Below the pieces are notes generated by a model that saw only the letters and a program-made list of their open reading frames with translations, was not told the origin of the DNA and made no database searches. A stretch of DNA of 63,112 bases, the filler included, from Lenisia limosa (lineage: Eukaryota; Protista; Breviatea), in the NCBI GenBank assembly GCA_001655205.1. It is 10 parts of 10 records of this genome, joined end to end, with 100 filler letters (N's around TTAATTAATTAA, not from the genome) between each part and the next. Parts side by side here need not be neighbours in the genome. Positions count along the whole stretch, not along the records: positions 48,330 to 51,491 come from LPNZ01008137.1; positions 51,592 to 53,235 come from LPNZ01010803.1; positions 53,336 to 59,060 come from LPNZ01004768.1; positions 59,161 to 63,112 come from LPNZ01007276.1; 6 more parts are not named here. One strand, given 5' to 3'. The first letter of the stretch is position 1. The number at the start of each line of letters is the position of its first letter. This document shows, one piece after another, positions 48,388 to 59,223 of this stretch. The translations under genes and the position numbers were made by a program.

Positions 48388-51222
48388 TTCCCTGCAGCTC
48401 TCTGAAAGACGTTAAATCAGCCTCAATCATCCACTCCGCATCTCCGACTGACACTGTCATCATAAACTGTAGGGAATTAGCAATGAAAAGCAGAAGTATT
48501 GTTGCTGCAGGAAATTAGCAATAAAATTAGGAGTAATGTTGTGTAAAGGTGTATGAGAATGACAATAGTGTTAGGGGCGGAAGTATGACAGGAGGTGAAT
48601 TATGAAATATATGTAGGATTGCCTACAACTGTCTTTTTGAAGACATTAATTGAAAAATGAGAAATTAAAGTGTCTGAAATTGAGTTTCACTTCAAATTTT
48701 GCAATTATTTTTTCCAATTAATTGGACAGAGTTCTAGAAATAAGACACTACCACTACCATTTGCCTTACTCCTTCTGACTCAGCTCTAATAAACCCCCAT
48801 TTACCTGGGGCTTGGAGGAGTTCTTGGGCATGACGGAAATGGCGAATTTGACTCTCATGCTCTCGTCACCAAGAGTAAGGATGGAGCCCTGGGGGTGTCA
48901 AACTAACCGGATTGAGAGGACCCCCCACTATACTCTTACTCCCCAAGATTTATTATGAATTTTCCCACTATACTCTCTTATTCTCAAGAGTATCATGAAT
49001 TATCTCTCGGATTACATCATCATAAAATCCCCTCCATAAGCCGCCTATTCTCTTCTTCCAAGAATTTTATGAATATCTCTTCGACCCCCCCCCCCCCNNN
49101 NNNNNNNNNNNNNNNNNNNNNNNNNNNNNNNNNNNNNNNNNNNNNNNNNNNNNNNNNNNNNNNNNNNNNNNNNNNNNNNNNNNNNNNNNNNNNNNNNNNN
49201 NNNCAGCGTTGCACCTCAGTTTCCGAGTCAGCTCCAAACAAATACTGGCGGAATACGGACGTCACCTGCGTTATAAGGATTTTTATTGCGAAATGACAGT
49301 GTACTTTCGTGACATCCCAATAGATTTGTTCTGAGGTATTTGACCGATTTGCCATATGAATTCCCCAAAGAAAATCGGTCAAGACTTTATCCTGGTCACT
49401 GTAATTTCTCTTTTATTCTTCTTGTTATTGCACACAAATATTCTAACTTCCTTCTTTGTGATACTGTGGTAAAGTGACACGTAACTGAGTGTGAAGAGGA
49501 CAGCTTTGCTGGCTTAAAGTTGTTCCATATCTCAAATAAAAGCGATGTTAACCACACTTTTGCAGCTAAATCGTCTTTATCACCCCCCCCCCCCACCANN
49601 NNNNNNNNNNNNNNNNNNNNNNNNNNNNNNNNNNNNNNNNNNNNNNNNNNNNNNNNNNNNNNNNNNNNNNNNNNNNNNNNNNNNNNNGGAGTGGTACCGC
49701 ACCAAGGGCCTCTTTTCCCCCGTCCTGGGGAGGGGGGGGGGTAAAATAGGAAATATTTTGTGCAAACGAAGGAAATTTCGATGAAGAATACTGGCGTAAA
49801 GGTACATCACGAACCGAATAATCTGAAACTCCAACAAAAAACAAAAAAAAACAAGCAATAACAAACACGAGTAACCAACGCTAAAACTCGAGAAAAGCGT
49901 CACGGATATCCGAGTATGGATACTCAACCCTGCATACCTTGTGATAGGAAAGAACATAGCGTGAAAGGACAACAAATCGCCGCCTCCGGCTCTTATTTTT
50001 GCTATTGGCTTTGGTCAATGTGCCCTCAAAGTGGAACGATGACGTGTGGCGCTGAGGGAAATGAGGAAAATTTGGATGACAAAGAGTGGAGAGGTATGAC
50101 GAACCGAAATATCTGACACAGAAAAACACTATTTTTATTAGGTGTTAAAGAGAATTGAGAGAGAAAAACCCGAAATAACTAGAGCACTTTTAATTGCCAA
50201 TGAATAGAAAATATAATTGCTGGTAATTTTTGCAATTAATTGTACGGAGCCCTAGAAATAACATCAAACTGTCTCAACCAATACTACCCCACCATTCCAT
50301 GTCGCTCAACAGTGGCTGTTGCAGGGCTGTGGAGGACCAAGCGGAATAGCTCAGGTTCTGAGGGGGGGAGGGGAGTAAAATTGGAAAATGTATACCCGCT
50401 TCAATAAGTTTTATCCCTGACTTGGGGAAGAATGGAAAGAAGGGTAAAGAAGGAGTTAAATGGAAAATTTATGAAACAAAAAAACCCAGGTTAAGGTACT
50501 AATAACCGAATAATCTGAACCAGCAATACAGAATAAAAAGTAGTGAGAAGGGAAAGAGCATACCTCTGTCTTTCTTCCATGCCTTGATGGTCTCTAACAC
50601 AGGAGTGGTTGCCCCAAGTAATCGCTCTAATATCGTTAATATCCAGAATGTGAAGTAGTAGAAATAATGGTGAATACTCAGAAGAAATAGCAATAATGGT
50701 GAATACTCAGAAGAAATAGCAATAATGGTGAATACTTAGAAAGAAATTCCAAAAATGGAGGGTGTATCTTGATGTAGCACAATCAGATGAAAGAATGAAC
50801 AAATACTGTAAAGAAGTTCCAGAAATTGCTTTTCAATCCTTAAAAAAAATACAAAAAGACACCCCCCCCCCCCCNNNNNNNNNNNNNNNNNNNNNNNNNN
50901 NNNNNNNNNNNNNNNNNNNNNNNNNNNNNNNNNNNNNNNNNNNNNNNNNNNNNNNNNNNNNNNNNNNNNNNNNNNNNNNNNNNNNNCTTTAGCTGGTTGC
51001 CTAACACGGACGCCACGCGCGCGACTGCGGGGAGGGGGTCAAATTTATGAACCGAAGTGAAGCTCTAGATAACAAACAAGAGTCGACAAATGCTACGTAC
51101 CAGTGGTAGCGGGTGTGACCTCCAATGGTCGGAAGGTGCCATCGGGGAGATACACACGGATCATTTGCTGCATGGTCAGAGTAAGATCTTTTTGAAGTAA
51201 AGTCTCTCTTGAAACAACATTC
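48388..51222 (-). CDS. Ras-association (ubiquitin-like) domain plus PX-like domain protein, partial
   Basis: Exon 51101-51222 QMIRVYLPDGTFRPLEVTPATT and exon ~50542-50608 ERLLGATTPVLETIKAWKKD are RA/FERM-F0-like. Exon ~48388-48469 FMMTVSVGDAEWMIEADLTSFRELQ resembles the PX 'W-x-V-x-RRYS-x-F-x-x-L' strand-helix. Confidence 0.55.
48640..48736. mobile_element. MITE family 2, degenerate copy (right end only clear)
   Basis: ...CCAATTAATTGGACAGAGTTCTA matches the family-2 terminus; the left boundary is approximate. Confidence 0.5.
49725..49870 (-). repeat. Intron 3'-end repeat, variant B
   Basis: TTCAGATTATTCGGTT..GTACC..ATTCTTCATCGAAATTTCC, then ATTTCCTATTTTAC-C-run-CAG acceptor. Confidence 0.55.
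50180..50254. mobile_element. MITE family 2, 75 bp, perfect 8-bp TSD
   Basis: Ends TAGAGCAC... and ...AATTAATTGTACGGAGCCCTA, with an identical GAAATAAC on both sides (50172-50179 and 50255-50262). Confidence 0.85.
50358..50530 (-). repeat. Introner-like repeat, mosaic of A tail and B
   Basis: TTCAGATTATTCGGTT..GTACC, CTGGGTTTTTTTGTTTCATAAATTTTCCA and TTTCCAATTTTACTCCCC..CTCAG acceptor. Confidence 0.6.
50663..50748. repeat. Minisatellite, 29-bp unit (AATAATGGTGAATACTCAGAAGAAATAGC) x3
   Basis: Three near-identical intronic units. Confidence 0.9.
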
Positions 51223-51329
51223 CTGCGTGGTAGGAATAATATCAAAGATGCGGTATGTTGTTGCGATGTGAAATAGAAAAACTGAGAGAGTCTGGCCGAA
51301 GCCGTTCAAATAATCTTCATCACCCCTAT

Positions 51330-51425
51330 TAGGGCTTCACTTCGGTTCGAAAAAAGACTGAATTTCTCGAGAAATCCACGAGAACTATCAATTACCGGTC
51401 TTTTTCGAACCGAAGTGAAGCCCCA
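51330..51425. mobile_element. MITE family 1, full length
   Basis: Same TIRs; flanks ACCCCTAT/CCCACTAT (6/8). A lone right-end fragment also lies at ~51045-51067. Confidence 0.88.
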
Positions 51426-51640
51426 CCCACTATTGACTATCCCTCCCCACAAACACATACACATCTTAGCACTTTCCACCCCCCGGGCCACNNNNNNNNN
51501 NNNNNNNNNNNNNNNNNNNNNNNNNNNNNNNNNNNTTAATTAATTAANNNNNNNNNNNNNNNNNNNNNNNNNNNNNNNNNNNNNNNNNNNNACCTGGTGT
51601 TGTAATAAACATAACTAGTATATTACCTCCATGCAGTATC

Positions 51641-51808
51641 GAGTACTTGGTTATGGCTAAATATCAATTTCACTGTTTAACTTGGACAATTTCCTACGTA
51701 TATTTTCTTAATTCACATTTTATACTTGATGGATACTCCTTTTGTCATTCTGAATTTACAGACATCCCGCTTCCAAATAGCCCCCAAAATCATACATACA
51801 GGGACCGA
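51641..51808 (+). CDS. Exon fragments of an unknown gene
   Basis: Two CAG...GT-bounded open segments; frame uncertain. Confidence 0.25.
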
Positions 51809-52357
51809 GGTAAGTCTTTTGCTAATGCTATGTGATTTCCCGGGGTGGGGGGTCAAGACGTATCCCGGTCANNNNNNNNNNNNNNNNNNNNNNNNNNNNN
51901 NNNNNNNNNNNNNNNNNNNNNNNNNNNNNNNNNNNNNNNNNNNNNNNNNNNNNNNNNNNNNNNNNNNNNNNNTATTTCCTAAAATCATATTAATTTTTAC
52001 ATAGTTTACTGCCAAGCACACTCACAGGTTCATTTGAGGGGTGGGCGTGGAGGGATCTGTCACAGGCCAAACAATGGTATGTGACGGGAAGACGTCGTCG
52101 AATGAGGGCGGCTGTGGGGGATGGAGTCAGGCCGAAAATTAGGATTATTTTTATTTCTCATTGATATATTAGACTCACCTTCGCTAGTAACCCCATCACC
52201 CCATTTAATTATTAAAAAAGTGATTGTTATTACACACAAATATTATACTGTTGTAAAGATACACGTAATTGAGTATGGAGGACATCTTTGCTGACTTTTC
52301 TGGTCAGATCTCTCTGAGTTTCATTTATATAAAAGAGAACTTCTTTATTATGATACA

Positions 52358-52457
52358 CAGAGCTTCACTTCGGTTCGAAAAATACCGCTAAAATATGGAT
52401 AGTTTTTAAGTATTTATCGAGAAATTCAGTCTTTTTTCGAACCGAAGTGAAGCCCTA
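52358..52457. mobile_element. MITE family 1, full length
   Basis: CAGAGCTTCACTTCGGTTCG...GAAGTGAAGCCCTA; flanks ATGATACA/CTTATACA (6/8). Confidence 0.88.
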
Positions 52458-52505
52458 CTTATACACCCCTTTTATTATTATAAAAGAGACCTCCAGCCCT
52501 ACGAG

Positions 52506-52697
52506 TAGGGCTTCACTTCGATTCAAAAATAGACTGAATTTCTCGATAAATACTTTAAAACTATCAATATTTTAGCGGTATTTTTCGAACCGAAGTGGGA
52601 TGGGGTGCTGGAGGGCTGACAACCCCCTCCCCTCTTACTATCTTAAACCCCTTTTATTATTATAAAAGAGACCTCCAGCCCTCTTAGTGAAGCCCTA
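52506..52697. mobile_element. MITE family 1 with a ~90-bp insertion in the right TIR
   Basis: Left TIR at 52506; the right TIR is split (CGAAGT ... AGTGAAGCCCTA at 52686-52697); flanks CCTACGAG/CTTACGAG (7/8). Confidence 0.85.
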
Positions 52698-53335
52698 CTT
52701 ACGAGTCATTTGCGCGGTATTCATGTCAACTTGAGAGGTGGCAGTTTGATTCTTCTCCATTTGAGAAAGCCACTAAGAATATGAAGTGATGAGATAAGAA
52801 TCTTGAAGAAATTAAACGAAAGAGTAATGGAGGTTTTGGTTCCTCAACTTGCGACTGCCACTGGAGTTAAGTACAGTGATTTTACAGGCGGATTCAAAAA
52901 CAAGAAAATGCAGGCAAACCACCATGAAATCCACCCCACACTACCTTTACANNNNNNNNNNNNNNNNNNNNNNNNNNNNNNNNNNNNNNNNNNNNNNNNN
53001 NNNNNNNNNNNNNNNNNNNNNNNNNNNNNNNNNNNNNNNNNNNNNNNNNNNNNNNNNNNNNNNNNNNNNNNNNNNNNNNNNNNNNNNNNNNNNNNNNNNN
53101 NNNAAACCCAAGCTCCCGTCTTCTGACATCACCAAGGTTGGCCTACCTCCTCCAGTCTCCTGACGTCACCAAGGTCGGCCTTGAGGTCCAGTTCAGTACG
53201 AAGGTCTTCCACAATGGACGTTATCATCGCCTGGCNNNNNNNNNNNNNNNNNNNNNNNNNNNNNNNNNNNNNNNNNNNNTTAATTAATTAANNNNNNNNN
53301 NNNNNNNNNNNNNNNNNNNNNNNNNNNNNNNNNNN

Positions 53336-53469
53336 CTGGGCTTTGCTTGTTTTGTTGTTGTCAACCCTTGTGTGTTGTTGCAAGCCAACAGAGTCGATTT
53401 CGGGCTTTTTGTTTCATAATTTTCCCAATTTTACTCCCCCCATCTATTAACCCCCCTCACCCGCCACAG
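53336..53469 (+). repeat. Introner-like repeat A, plus-strand copy in a plus-strand gene
   Basis: CTGGGCTTTGCTTGTTTTGTTGTTGTCAACCCT..GCCAACAGAGTCGATTTCGGGCTTTTTGTTTCATAATTTTCCCAATTTTACTCCCCCC..CACAG acceptor. Confidence 0.8.
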
Positions 53470-53945
53470 GAGCCAAGGCAGGCGCCAGAGGAGCGATCAC
53501 AGTGGTGCTGAACAAATACCGTCATCTTGGCTGGAAGCCTAATGAAATTCCCAAGGTGGCGGGTTGATTTATTCCCTCACCTATTTTCCAGATATTATAT
53601 AGCTACTATAGTATTATATATTAATATAGTATATCTTAAATATGAGCTCTAATATGATATGGTACGTAATTCAACACGAATAGAGCACTCAGCGTATTCT
53701 GCGCAAACAGCAGCTCCGTATGGGTCTTCAGAACAACCAATTGAGGTGAGGGGGTACCCACTGGGGATGAGTGCTGAAGCAACAAAAACAGATTGAGCTT
53801 CGGTTGGCATTTACTAGAGAAGAGGTGGAGGGAGGGATTCTAGTGCATGATGGATAGATGGAGCGAGGGGAGTAGTAATCGTGATGTATCTTACCAACCC
53901 CACAGGTATACCACGAACTTCAAGGACTACCACAGCGGTCTTCAG
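53470..53945 (+). CDS. 3' end of an unknown gene
   Basis: Exons GAKAGARGAITVVLNKYRHLGWKPNEIPK|RILRKQQLRMGLQNNQLR|YTTNFKDYHSGLQ*. Confidence 0.5.
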
Positions 53946-54439
53946 TAGACTCTTGTTGTTTAGGGGAAAGTGTTGTGCTACGTTCATCTGATAGATTTCT
54001 TAAATATGCTAGAATTCTGGGGGGGGGGGTACATTATGCCGGGAGAGGNNNNNNNNNNNNNNNNNNNNNNNNNNNNNNNNNNNNNNNNNNNNNNNNNNNN
54101 NNNNNNNNNNNNNNNNNNNNNNATGCACTCAAAAAAAAACACATCCATTACAAAAAAACGAGGGGCTACGACGAAGCCATTAAGTTACTTTCAACTTGTT
54201 CCACAAAACTAGCGTACGCAAATCTATAATGTTAGCACTTTTGAAGCCTAAGGAGCGTCATCACAAATTAAATAATGTGGAAATGAGAAGAAAACAAAAA
54301 TAACAAAGTGATTTAGAAAAAGGGTAGCAAGCTCGCTACAGACCCCAATCATACTTTCAAGAAACAATAAAATGGAGGCTCTCAAGGTTTTTTAAATTTG
54401 CAAATGTGTTCTCATTAAAATTCGGATACTGCCCGATTC

Positions 54440-55580
54440 CTTTTCCCAGTTGCCAACATTTGACCGTTGGCAACGCTTGGTTTCTGGTGGAGCTCATTGG
54501 CCAACGTTCTCTAATTCATACCCCAGGANNNNNNNNNNNNNNNNNNNNNNNNNNNNNNNNNNNNNNNNNNNNNNNNNNNNNNNNNNNNNNNNNNNNNNNN
54601 NNNNNNNNNNNNNNNNNNNNNNNNNNNNCACATCCGAGGACAGCACCTTGGACGGGAATGTTGACGGATATGTACATTTCATACGCCTTGCAGGGTCAGG
54701 TGAATGGGTAAGGAATATGTAGAAATGAGAGAAAAAAAGAATATCAGGCCGAAGCTGTCCACACCATCACGTTTATTATGGTTATAATGATAATAAGAGT
54801 GAAGAGTATTGATGCATTGTTTTTAAATAGGGCTTCATTTCGATCAAAATATCGATATTTATTGAGAATTTATCGAGAAATGTAATTCATAGGCCTTTAT
54901 GAGTCAGGAGATGGCATAATAAACATTATGTAGAGCTTACCAAGTGAACAATATATTTCTCCCTCAATATCTTTTTAATTTGGGGATTGTGCAGAGCAAT
55001 AAATAATCATATTAATATTTTAGCAATGAGAAATAAAAATCAAGGTGGGATCTGGCCGAAGGCATCCACAACATCACGCTTAAAGAGATAATTAATTCAC
55101 CCAGTGGTGCACACAGCTTTTTGCGTGCATCCCTATCATACTGTAATCATAGCTATGAATAGACTCAATAAAATCCGATTTGTCTTTACACCCTCTACCA
55201 AAGAAAATGACGACAACACCGTTATGGCAATGAAGCAGTATGTGAACACTGTGGATGGGATGGGGAGGATGGAGAGGAACAAAACTAGCACGTGACCGAA
55301 GAGAGCGTATCCCTGTAGGCATCAAAAAGATGTATTAATATTAATATTAATTTGCCGGAGCTTAAGAAAATAGGGATATTTATTATATCATATGCATATA
55401 GTATAGTATATGATATATTATATATATTTCTGAAATACATGAAAAGGGAAGAAACATCCAAGTGAGAATACCCCCCTCAAACCTCAGTAATATGAACTCC
55501 CCAAACCTCGAGAGTGAAAATGTTGTATAGCGACAGCGACGACTCGAAAAGAAAAGCGAGGAAGAAACTCAGAAACCCGT
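54440..55580 (+). CDS. Hypothetical multi-exon fragments
   Basis: Splice-bounded segments LPTFDRWQRLVSGGAHW, LDGNVDGYVHFIRLAGSGEW, MNRLNKIRFVFTPSTKENDD and RQRRLEKKSEEETQKPVKQQ; connectivity not established. Confidence 0.3.
54828..54880. mobile_element. MITE family 1, truncated
   Basis: TAGGGCTTCATTTCGATC...ATCGATATTT...TTTATCGAGAAAT. Confidence 0.6.
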
Positions 55581-57399
55581 TAAACAGCAGGTAGGAGAAG
55601 CAGATTCCGAGGGAACTACCCATCAGTGTTCCTTCAACCTGGCTTGTAAGATCTTCACTTTCCCTCCAAAACACGGAAAATATCGATATACTATGTATAT
55701 ACAGAGGATTGATCAATAACTCCGTCTTTTTGTGACCTCAAGTGGGAGTCTATGATTTATAAGCACAGTAAATGAAACTCTATTATTTATAAGTACAGTA
55801 AACGAATATTATGAAATCATCTCATCAATTCAGTCCTTTTTGACGAAGTTAAGCCCTGTGTGTAGTACATATTTTAAACAACATCCACTAGTGATATGAT
55901 ATTATGGCTGTCCTTCGCGTTACCCATACCCGCAGGTGATATGATAATATTTTTGAGTCGAGATCTTAAGCCATATCCAGCGGTATGACCCTCACCCCTC
56001 TTCAATATTACATTTATGGAGACCCCAATCCCCACTGAGTGATTTTCCCCCTGGGAGTTTTTGATCTGAACGATCAACAGAGCAGCAAGTGACAACGTGA
56101 CTGTTAGCGGGCCGTATAAGTCGAGAGAGGGAGGGCCTTCACGCTTCTTGAAGCTGGGGATAAGGGACCTCTTTAGCCTGGATAGTTAGCCCCTATACAA
56201 CACATATCTGGTAGGCTGAAGTGGGCTTTCACCCATGAATTGTCCAATTTACCCCCCCCCCATACGACATAATAACGTCCGAAGGGTTTACGTTGAAGTA
56301 GGGTGTGGCGAATTNNNNNNNNNNNNNNNNNNNNNNNNNNNNNNNNNNNNNNNNNNNNNNNNNNNNNNNNNNNNNNNNNNNNNNNNNNNNNNNNNNNNNN
56401 NNNNNNNNNAACATTAATGAAACAGAAAAGCCCACAATCAACTTTATTAGCTAAGACAAAAGAGTTTGGGGTGATGAAGAATATTGTAAAAAAGTATGAG
56501 GATTCATGTCACTTTTTTTCACAAGCAGTTATATGATACCTCATATCCACTCATATGATAACTGACCAAGTCTTTATGAAACTCTGATACACTTGGGATG
56601 AACTCGATATATTGTATGATATAGTATAAAAGCTTAAAAGTCTTAATGCGCCATGCCAACATGGGACGCCACATTCGACATTAGAGAGTCACCAAAGACT
56701 GGCTCAGATGCCGCTGCAGGCTGAGTCATTGTGCTGAGGAGGGTGAAACGAAGGAAACGTCGATGGATTATTAATTGGTGCAAAATGTGAAAAAGACGGC
56801 GTCTTAAACACCTTGTCATTTTAATCCTATTTTTTACGATCATGTTNNNNNNNNNNNNNNNNNNNNNNNNNNNNNNNNNNNNNNNNNNNNNNNNNNNNNN
56901 NNNNNNNNNNNNNNNNNNNNNNNNNNNNNNNNNNNNNNNNNNNNNNNNNCAAAGAAAAACAATAAAGAAAATACAATAAAATAATAAAGGTTTACAGAAA
57001 AGGCAAGCCAACAATCGTCTACAAATTAAAATGGTGTTTAGCCCAATATTATCTGAGGTGGACTTATAAGTGCAAATTTAGGGTAATTATGGTTCTTTTC
57101 TTCTGAATTATATCGATGTTAATTTACACTCTAATTTATCATTCTAATGAGATGATAATTTTGCTGCTAATACTGAAAAAATCCATAGACTTTGGGACCG
57201 AATGTGAAGCTTGGGGTGATCATAACCTACCTTCGATAGGGAAAGCGGGGAGGTCGGGGGAAGTGCCACAGCGCTTGTTTTTTGGTTATTTCAATTATAA
57301 ATATGCAATACTATGTTACAGCGTTACAGTATCTTTAAACAGGGCATAATTTCGGCCACGGCAAATTTTTTCGGAAGTCAAGTTACGGAGGCGTGGATC

Positions 57400-59060
57400 A
57401 AAAAACGGGAAAATGAGAGATGTGAGAGAAGAGGAGGCAAGCACAATTGGGCAAGCAGAGGAGCAGAGGGCAAGAAAGTGGAATATGAGGTGAGTGAAAG
57501 CCAAGTCAGATCCAAGAAGAGCGACAATGCCGCCTCCCAAGCAGGGCAAGGATGATGGGGCGAAACAGGTCTGCTATGCCACCTCCGACCACCATACCGG
57601 CCCCAACCCTCTCATCCACTTAGAAACCGACGTTAAAGCCAGTTTCTGCAAAGGCATTTGCCAAAATGACCCCTGCCGAGAAAGACCGTCTGGATCGCAA
57701 CCGTCTCCAGAGTTTGCGGGACTCTGCTGCATGGGTATACTCACAATAAAATCATAAGATTAATATCGATTTTTAGAGTAAACTTACGATTCGGGTGTGG
57801 ATACGCAGTGGTACACATGTGTGTAAATTATGGTGGTGTTCAGGATGATGGTGGAGGTGATGATGATGGTGGTGTTGTGTGGAGATGATGATGTGGTGAT
57901 GATGTACCTAAGTGCATTTGTTTGTCATTGATAGCTTGGGCGTCACTTTAGTTAAAATGCCGATTGAATATCAAGAGTATTCGAGGATTTTTAGATTATT
58001 TCCTTCTTTTCTCGGACTGAAGATAATTCCTTTGAATATCTGACATTTCTAGTTCTTCAGCAAATGATTCAGGATGCTTATGTTCCACCCAAAAAGGTGG
58101 GTATGGTTGGGAAATTATTATGATCGCTGGGAAAGAGCTGCACATTTAAGGATGATGATGACTAAAAGGGGTGATATGAGGATTATTTTGAATAAAAAGG
58201 CAACTGGGATTAGGGTTGATATGTGAGTTTCGATGAAACAAAGAGCTATATGTCAAAGCTTCTCTTTATGATTATTTTGATAGGTACTGTTAAGACTGTA
58301 TTATTAGCATAGTCAATTATCCCATTTAGAAAAACTATAAGTGCAACAGAATTCCATCTGATATAGTTTCATTTACTACTATATCATATGTCTTATATTA
58401 TAATATATTACTACTAAGTATGTATGATATATTTATAAAATCTAGTATACACATAAACCCACGTGGTTTCTGTTACCCTCATGAGAACCGTATCCGAAAC
58501 AAGCATCTTTGAGCGGCAAGAATGTTTCCTGCTTGAATGCGGCAAGAATGCTTCCTTATATTGGAGAAACGTGACACCTTCAGAAAAAGAAAGAGTCGGA
58601 CAAACCCAAAGCAGCAGCGACCCCCAAAAGAACAGTTAAAAAATCGGCTTCCAAGGTTCGTAATGGTGTTGTAGTTGTACTATTGTTTTTTTTTGGATTT
58701 TTTCCAAGAGGGTTATCAAGAGTATTAAATAAAATGGCAAACGATTGGGTGAATTAGGATTATATCATCATCGAGTATCTTTAAAGCGTGATGGTGTGGA
58801 CGGCTCCGGCCTGATACATTGTGTATTTTTCATCTCTACAAAGCATCATAAATTTACCATATTGCCAAAATAACCTGCTAGATTCCACCCGCAGAGAAAG
58901 GTCCAGAGTACACCGCACCCCCAGTATTCGGACAAATTGTAGGTGGGGCCCAAAAATAGTTGGGTTATTCATTCTCTCTCAAACTATCTCTCCTCACCCC
59001 CATGTATTATTTTAATTAACCCTCCGATCCAGGTGAAGAAGTGGCTGACTACGTCGCCGC
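57400..59060 (+). CDS. Hypothetical exon fragments (Lys/Arg-rich)
   Basis: Open segments such as KPTLKPVSAKAFAKMTPAEKDRLDRNRLQSLRD and KKKESDKPKAAATPKRTVKKSASK, some bounded by splice sites; possibly more than one gene. Confidence 0.25.
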
Positions 59061-59160
59061 NNNNNNNNNNNNNNNNNNNNNNNNNNNNNNNNNNNNNNNN
59101 NNNNTTAATTAATTAANNNNNNNNNNNNNNNNNNNNNNNNNNNNNNNNNNNNNNNNNNNN

Positions 59161-59223
59161 CAGCACCGCATCCCATCACTCCAGTGTATAAAATTTCGAT
59201 GCAAAAGAAAACACATCTCCTAC
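59161..59223 (-). repeat. Introner-like repeat A, 5' part (cut by scaffold start)
   Basis: GTAGGA donor, followed ~35 nt later by ATACACTGGAGTGATGGGATGCGGTGCTG. Confidence 0.75.

Noticed and set aside
50663-50748. Short direct-repeat arrays (also 15630, 23837, 27598) as CRISPR candidates
   Set aside because: They are head-to-tail tandem units with no unique spacers, in a eukaryotic intronic context with no cas genes.
52790-52870. KRKSNGGFGSS resembling dUTPase motif 5
   Set aside because: The frame closes within a few codons, no other dUTPase motifs are upstream, and a different frame is the longer open one.
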